Source: Tubiluchus corallicola (taxonomy: Eukaryota > Animalia > Priapulida). From it: a stretch of 64,000 bases of DNA. Location: contig JAQGDQ010000071.1 in assembly GCA_030141605.1 (NCBI GenBank), positions 289,605 to 353,604 of the forward strand. Reading direction: 5' to 3'. The notes beneath the pieces are model-generated. The model saw only the letters and a program-made list of their open reading frames with translations, was not told the origin of the DNA and did no database searches. Below are positions 57,601 to 64,000 of the stretch, piece after piece. A program made the position numbers and the translations under genes. Every line of letters begins with the position of its first letter. Within the stretch, counting starts at the first letter, position 1.

Positions 57601-58049
57601 AGATATGCAAGAAAAATTTCAAATTTTGCACATGAGACACTGTAAACAATGTAAAAACTGAAGTCATTATAACATAGCTTAGTAAGAACTTGCAGAATCT
57701 TAGAGAGAGGTGTACTGCCCAGGTAGATTGTAACTAAAGCTCTGTAAAAACATAGCTACCATCATATGGGCTATCATAATTACATATATAAAGTTACATT
57801 TAGGTATAGACATACCTTCCAAAAACACCTGATCCAAAGAAATAAGGACCTAGATGGTAACTATCTTAAAACAGTCCTCTCTCATATGCCTTTCGAAGCT
57901 GTCAACTGATGAAGCACTGATGGTTGATGAAGAAAGATGATTCCGTGGTTGAACAACACGATGCCAAAAGAAGTGTGATCTGATGTTGGTTCTAGCTGGT
58001 TGCACAAATAGCTTAGACTCATAACCATGAAGAACTCTCTGAGGCCTAG

Positions 58050-58410
58050 AAAAAAGTCTGTCTTTGTCAGACTGTCAGACAGTATTTCCACTAATTATTT
58101 TGAAGCAGTTCACAACGTCTACGCCTTTGCTTGAGAGTAGAAATTGAAATGGGATCCAAATCAATAGCAAGATGAGTCATCTATCCTGAGTATCCACCCT
58201 ATACTGGGGTGACCATACAACCGATGCATATTCCAGAATGGGTCGAACAACAGCTTTATAGAGAGGAATAATTACTGCTGCATTTCTCGATTATCACACA
58301 GCACCTAATCATGCCAATACGATGGCTTGCTTTTGCAATGATATGATTCACTTGGGAATTCCACTTGAGGTCATTAAGAAATCATTACTCACAAGTCTCT
58401 AATAGAACTT
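58050..58410 (-). mobile_element. Decayed CR1/L2-type LINE ORF2 C-terminal fragment
   Basis: Minus strand encodes LYKAVVRPILEYASVVWSP, a hallmark post-RT motif. Frames are broken. Confidence 0.75.
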
Positions 58411-58719
58411 TTTTCAGCTATTGAGCTTACTAGAAGTTTATACTTGCTTGCAAAGTCTAAGAGACCTAACCACAACACGGTTATTGATGGTCTCTCCTCA
58501 ACAATTTTCGAAGTTGCGGCAGATTTGATGTGTCAACTGTTTCACTATTAAGTGAATTCCAAGGGCCCACAACACGAGAAGAGAAGAAATGAGCTCTGAT
58601 ATTAGTGCGAGTACTGCACAAATAAGTTAGAATTGTACCCACGTAAATCACATAGTGGTCTAAAAAAAATTATCACTACGCAAAATAGAACTACCACTAA
58701 TGACTCTATAACAGTTAAT

Positions 58720-59245
58720 AAGATCTATAGTATCATGGCATTGTTCAAGAGAAAATACAGAGTCAGGCTGAATATCAGAGGCCAGACTAATACATGTCCA
58801 TTGAGGTTTTTCTAAAGCATTCTTAAGAGTAACATACTGTGGTGGCCAAACAATGCATGCATATTCCAGTATTGGCCTAACTACAGCTTTACAAAGAGGT
58901 ACAATAACTTTGCACTACGTGATGAAATGCAGCGTTTTATCATTCCAATGCGTCTATAGGCCTGAGAAATAATATGCTCAGTATGTGAATTCAGGTTGTT
59001 TGAGATTAATACACCTAAATCCAAAATCGCGTACATTTTTCTTCAATAGCGCCATCTCTCAGATAATAAGGTATTGCAGAATTAGAACGAATACGAAATG
59101 CGCTGCATTTACTACGTTTGAGGGGACATTAACCAGTTGTCACACCACCGCTCGATTTCAGACAGGTCAGCTTGTAAGATCTCTTGATCAGAGGAATTTC
59201 TAACTGGACGGCAAGGTTTTATATCATCAACAAAACTATAACTAA
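58720..59245 (-). mobile_element. Second decayed CR1/L2-type LINE ORF2 fragment
   Basis: Minus strand encodes FVDDIK (YADD-like, about 59235), DLGV (about 59015) and LCKAVVRPILEYACIVWP (about 58870). Confidence 0.75.
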
Positions 59246-59521
59246 AGTATCTTCCGTGTAGAACCTACAGATTGTGATTTTCATTTAATAGTTGGTTTCA
59301 GTTTCGTAAGCCACAGAGAAGAAGCCGTCAAAGACTGTCTTAGTCTCAATTTTCGCAAGCAATTTTGCCAGCCAATAATCAACTTCCTAGACTAGAAAAA
59401 CCACGACCGAGAAAAAAGAAGTGGCGATAGACAACACTTGGAAACTATAACAAATTACAGTAAACGCTTGCTTTATGATAAAAAGACATTCAGTCACGCA
59501 TTGTCTGACTCAGTCGCTTAC

Positions 59522-59569
59522 CTGCCCAAGTCCGCCTTCACCGCCGACGTCTTTTACTGTCATGACAAC
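59522..59569 (-). promoter_or_regulatory. Probable LRRC71 first exon/promoter with X-box (RFX)-like motif
   Basis: GC-rich patch ending in strong donor CAG|GTAAGC (59522/59521). ACTGTCATGACAAC (59556-59569) fits 13/14 of the relaxed X-box RTHNYYWTRRNRAC. The LRRC71 ATG exon has an acceptor at 55671, so an upstream exon is expected. Confidence 0.55.
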
Positions 59570-62417
59570 GAAGTTTGAAGTTGAAAGAGCACTTTAAAAC
59601 TCTGATCTGTGGTGACAGCAAACAGCATGCAACGCTTTCTTGGTTTGGCCTCGATGTCTAATAACTAAGAAGTTATAACGAATAACGCCTTAATCATTCT
59701 ACCTGTGCATCTTTAAAAAGTTCTATAAATCGCACTTACCGAATTATGTAACTGATCGCTCAATCATAGGTCAGATCACTGAAGACCAGACCTAAACAGA
59801 CCACATCTCTATTGTATATATTATTTGTGAAATGTTTGTAATGTAATAATACTTATGCGCATATTTTAACTTTATCGTTCTGGTTTCTATAAACGGAATT
59901 TCGATATCAACAAACTTTAAATAAATCACATATTTGCACCTCGCGAAATGTGGAATTGAATTTTAAAATACCAAGGTTTCCAGTCGCCCATTAATTGCTT
60001 TCCCCCTTTTTTGTAAAGAGCTAAAAAGATAAAAGTTCAAAATAGTTACAAAAATAAAACTAAAACAACAAATTTCTATTTTTATCCACATTTGCGAAAC
60101 CCATGCTTCAGTACTTATTTTTATCAGCATTTGCAACAACTATAACTATTTTAACTTTTATGTGCTTATGTAATTATATATGAATATACATATTACATAA
60201 ATTATAATTTTTTATATACAACTTACTAAAGATTATTGTATTTATTTTAATTTATTATAATATATCAGCATGTTATGTAACATCATTTGATAAAATATTA
60301 GTTACTTTTTGACAAAGAAATAACACACGGTAATACTGGAAGAACTATTACTACTAGTAGAAAATTTCGCCAAATAGCTTCATACAGTAATCAATAATCT
60401 AATCGTGGTAATTACTGCAGTGTACACAAACAATAAAGCAAAATATTGGTCCATTATCCAACTTGAACTTTGAAACAAACTTTAGAGTAATAATCATTGC
60501 AGCATTTATTTAGGGCTCTTGTTTTCATTATCACCGAAAAATAAATGTATACTCTGACCTTATATAAATGTGAATGGCAATTCTTTCTTACGTTCGCAAA
60601 CTAGGAAAACCAGACACCAAACAACCTTGCAAAATACTGAACTGATGTGTCGATAAATAATATTTGTTTATTGGAAAGGGCAGCCTACACTCGCTGTGTG
60701 CTGTGAAAAATGTGACTGCTCCCAAATGCAGGTTCCTTGGAAATTCAGAGCAAGGTAATACTTTTTAAGTAAGCAGTTACCCTTATAAGATTTCACTGCA
60801 TTTTTATTCCCAAGCAAGGATATGAAGACAATTTTGTATACCTGTGCAAACTTTTGCACATTTTTTAACATGTTCATAACAGAAATGTGCTTAAGCAAAA
60901 AATCTTAAAATTTATCTAGCAATTAGATTTAAAATGCAATTTATTTTGCTTGGTTGATTACATATACGAGGGCACTTCTATTACACTCAAAATGTACAAG
61001 CTGTAAGAACCATTACAAAAATTTTGTACTCAAATTAAAAAAAATGTCAACAAAATTTAGCAATTTGTAACATTTATGTAGACTCAAAATGAATTACAAT
61101 CCAAATGATATTGATTAAGTTTGCCTGTCCATAACTGTTGTGCTGTTACATTCCTACAACGAGCAAAATTGTCAGGCAAGTCTTAATAAGTGTACAGTTA
61201 TGTACAAAAACTACAGATACAACATACATATTAACAAACAATATACGTATTAAAGCAACAAAAAAGCATCTAGACAATTTATGAAGTTACATTATTTGAT
61301 TAGACATGCAATGCATACACCTAGGTACACATGCATATCGTGTAGATTTTCTGTTCAAAATTTGATAGCAGCGCTAACATCAATTCACCCCACATTTTAT
61401 ACTAAGTAATAGCCAACAAATTAACTGGTAAGACATGAAAATGGAACCTTTTTCAAACACTTTGATCATTTCAATTCTTTATACATACACATACAGTAAC
61501 AAAACTGCCCAAGGCGTTGGGCAGATTTACGTGCACTAGTTTTCATCACACAGGTAATGTCATAACTACTGGGCATATTAGTTGAAAGAAAAACCAGATG
61601 CTTGTTTAGACTCAATCTCATTTTAACTTACTGCCGAAAATATACATTTTCTTGCCTATAAAAGTTAGCAATTGTTTCTTATATTTGAATTATTAGCTTA
61701 GAAAGTTAATTAACGGCAACCGAACACAGCTATTGCCTACGTCAGAAACTAATCACAGTTTGTGCAATGGCAGGCATCTTCTCTTGTGCGTTAAGCACGT
61801 TTGCATAAGTGTTACTGCTTAAACGGGCTATGTAATGAAAATGGGCTCTACATCATATGACATTCAGAAACTAACACTGCAGTTCATGATCATGGTTATC
61901 ACGGTACCGACTTCTATTTGTTGGCCACGCGAATGTGACAAAAAGGCGCCGTTGTCAATGTTAGTAGATTCACTGAGCAGTGTGCAGCTTTCAGAGTTTA
62001 ACGAAATTTGAGCATCCGAGGTAATTATTATTTAATCTAAGCTTTGGTTTAAAAAAGGCTATTGTTTTCAATATTTTAGAGTATTCTTATTCTGAAGTAA
62101 TGTTTACACAATCATCCGGTTTTCCTTGAAAGGACAGCAACTTTCCAAGAGTTTGCTAATGTCAATTCACCAAACAATGTGCCATATTTTCCAACTAATT
62201 TTCAAATTATATAAATAGAAAAATTTGTCTTATGTTTGGAGTACCAAGCCGCATCATATTGTGCTAGCCAAGTTAACTAAATAGTACTGGAAAAAATTCT
62301 GAAAGATATTTATAATTTGCAAGGGTAACTTGGACAAAACTGTCTTGGATAAAAACCAGAACACGAAAATCAAGTATCAGATACAAGTATCAATTAATCA
62401 GCTCATAAGAATGTGCT

Positions 62418-62543
<126 letters not shown>

Positions 62544-62734
62544 TCATGAAAATATACACGAAAGACACTGCCAATCAAACTGTGAACTAAAAACACAGAA
62601 TTGATATTACAGAAGATAGTTAATGATGAACTGTTTGAGACTCTGTAAATGTAAGGTCAGCCAGCCACACATTGAAAATAAAAACAAGTTTACAGGAATT
62701 AGCACAATGGCTAATTAACTGACTTAGGACGTAC

Positions 62735-62825
62735 TGAAAAATTGTGAACCAACCAGGATTCTAACCCAATATGTTCTGCTTACAGGTCAGCTGGCCCAAC
62801 CTAACAAAACTGACCGCACGAACCC
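62735..62825 (-). mobile_element. tRNA-derived SINE head (degenerate)
   Basis: Minus strand ...TGACCTGTAAGCAGAACATATTGGGTTAGAATCCTGG, B-box-like. Confidence 0.3.
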
Positions 62826-63211
62826 TGGTAGCACACATCAGAGCCACCTATCCTGACGTATCCATAGCCACCTTAGTGACATATTACTATATTTTGAATT
62901 CACTCAGCAGAGGGCATTGACTAATCTGGATCTCCTTATAGGGGGGTATCCAGAACACACATAGACATGAAAATTTTTTGTGACATGTGGTTTGTTGTTT
63001 TCCATAAAGATGTGCTTACCAATGAAACACTAAATGTGTTTTATGCAATTTACATCAAACATGTACCATTTTTGTCGCGTACTGCGCATGAAATACAGCT
63101 TGATAGAGCATGTAGCTACATTTTGCCATCATCTCCGTGTTATATCAAAATGTCTCAGAATTTTAAATTTCCCCACGAAACTCAATACAAGCATTAACTG
63201 TTACTCTACAC

Positions 63212-63702
63212 CATGGGTTCCCAACCTTGTGGTCGTGAAGCACTTCTTTTTCAAAAATTATTTTTAAAAAGTGCTGTTTTCATGAAAAGTACGTAAGTAG
63301 GTCTTGTTTCCTCACACCATTTTGCTCTAGAAAATGAAACAGGGTTTTCCTGCTCTAAATGTGGCATACCAGTGCTTAAGTTTCTGGGAAAATGAAAATG
63401 CACGTTGTTCTGTACAGTCTACACAGCCCAAAAGCGGGTCACTATTTATTTTACGTTGGATCTCCTTGAATACCTATTGCTGTTGCATTATCGGTCGCTG
63501 AGAAACAGGTGCAACCATCACATGAATGAATGAAACAATAACTCATTGTTCAATAATTTGTTGAATAGTAAGTTAAAATTAATAAATGCAAACGCTAATG
63601 ATGTGTAATAATATAATATAGTGATTATGTTCTTCATGGGGTCGCGATATGATGCAGGGTTCTGGACAGGGGTCGCCGTCAACAAAAGGTTGGGAACCAC
63701 AG
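63212..63702. mobile_element. hAT (Charlie-like) MITE, 491 bp, with intact 8-bp TSD
   Basis: TIRs CATGGGTTCCCAACCTT / AAGGTTGGGAACCACAG flanked by identical CTCTACAC at 63204-63211 and 63703-63710. Confidence 0.9.
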
Positions 63703-64000
63703 CTCTACACAATAATTACTATAATAGCACCGATGGGGTTTTGTGTGCATGCCTCAAATGAATTACTGTTGACTGTTTGAGTTCAGTATTGGCACTGAAT
63801 GGTATCAGTTGCCATGCTGATTCTGGTTCTTTACTTTGGCAGAGGGAGGATGCATAAACACCTGAACGTGGTTAAAATACTTCTGTCATCACAAATAAGT
63901 ATAAAGGTTAAATGGAAAATGCCAGTAATTACAAAATACAAGATGAAGCCAAAATTATCGTGTAGCAAATGTGAAATGCAAATGTAACTTTTCTGCTATG

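Noticed and set aside
63805-63861. Possible alternative CDC42 terminal exon (VFMHPPSAKVKNQNQHGN*) on minus strand
   Set aside because: Weak pyrimidine tract, no similarity to the Cdc42 final helix, and no CaaX box.

Overview
AT-rich, intron-rich animal (probably invertebrate) genomic DNA. I assembled four spliced genes by hand from splice sites and reading phase. (1) The 3' part of an animal heme peroxidase on + (9 exons, 409-6979). (2) A furin-like proprotein convertase on + (9046-41224) with 14 shared exons, one GC-AG intron and two alternative terminal exons. Each terminal exon re-encodes the last P-domain strand, then gives either a basic Pro/Thr-rich soluble tail or a short GPI-signal-like hydrophobic tail; I found no Cys-rich or cytosolic-tail exons. 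(3) A convergent LRRC71 ortholog on - (14 coding exons, 55661-43886). It has an X-box-like motif in a probable upstream exon and a perfect 252-bp spacerless palindrome in one intron. (4) The last coding exon of CDC42 on - (62507-62418). Introns carry MITEs (Tc1/mariner-type, hAT-type), foldback-like elements built of ~15-bp modules, tRNA- and 5S-related SINE relics, LINE fragments and microsatellites. Most entries in the ORF track are spurious. The best leads are the convertase C-terminal switch (possibly GPI-anchored) and the intronic palindrome. All homology calls are from recalled family motifs, not database searches.
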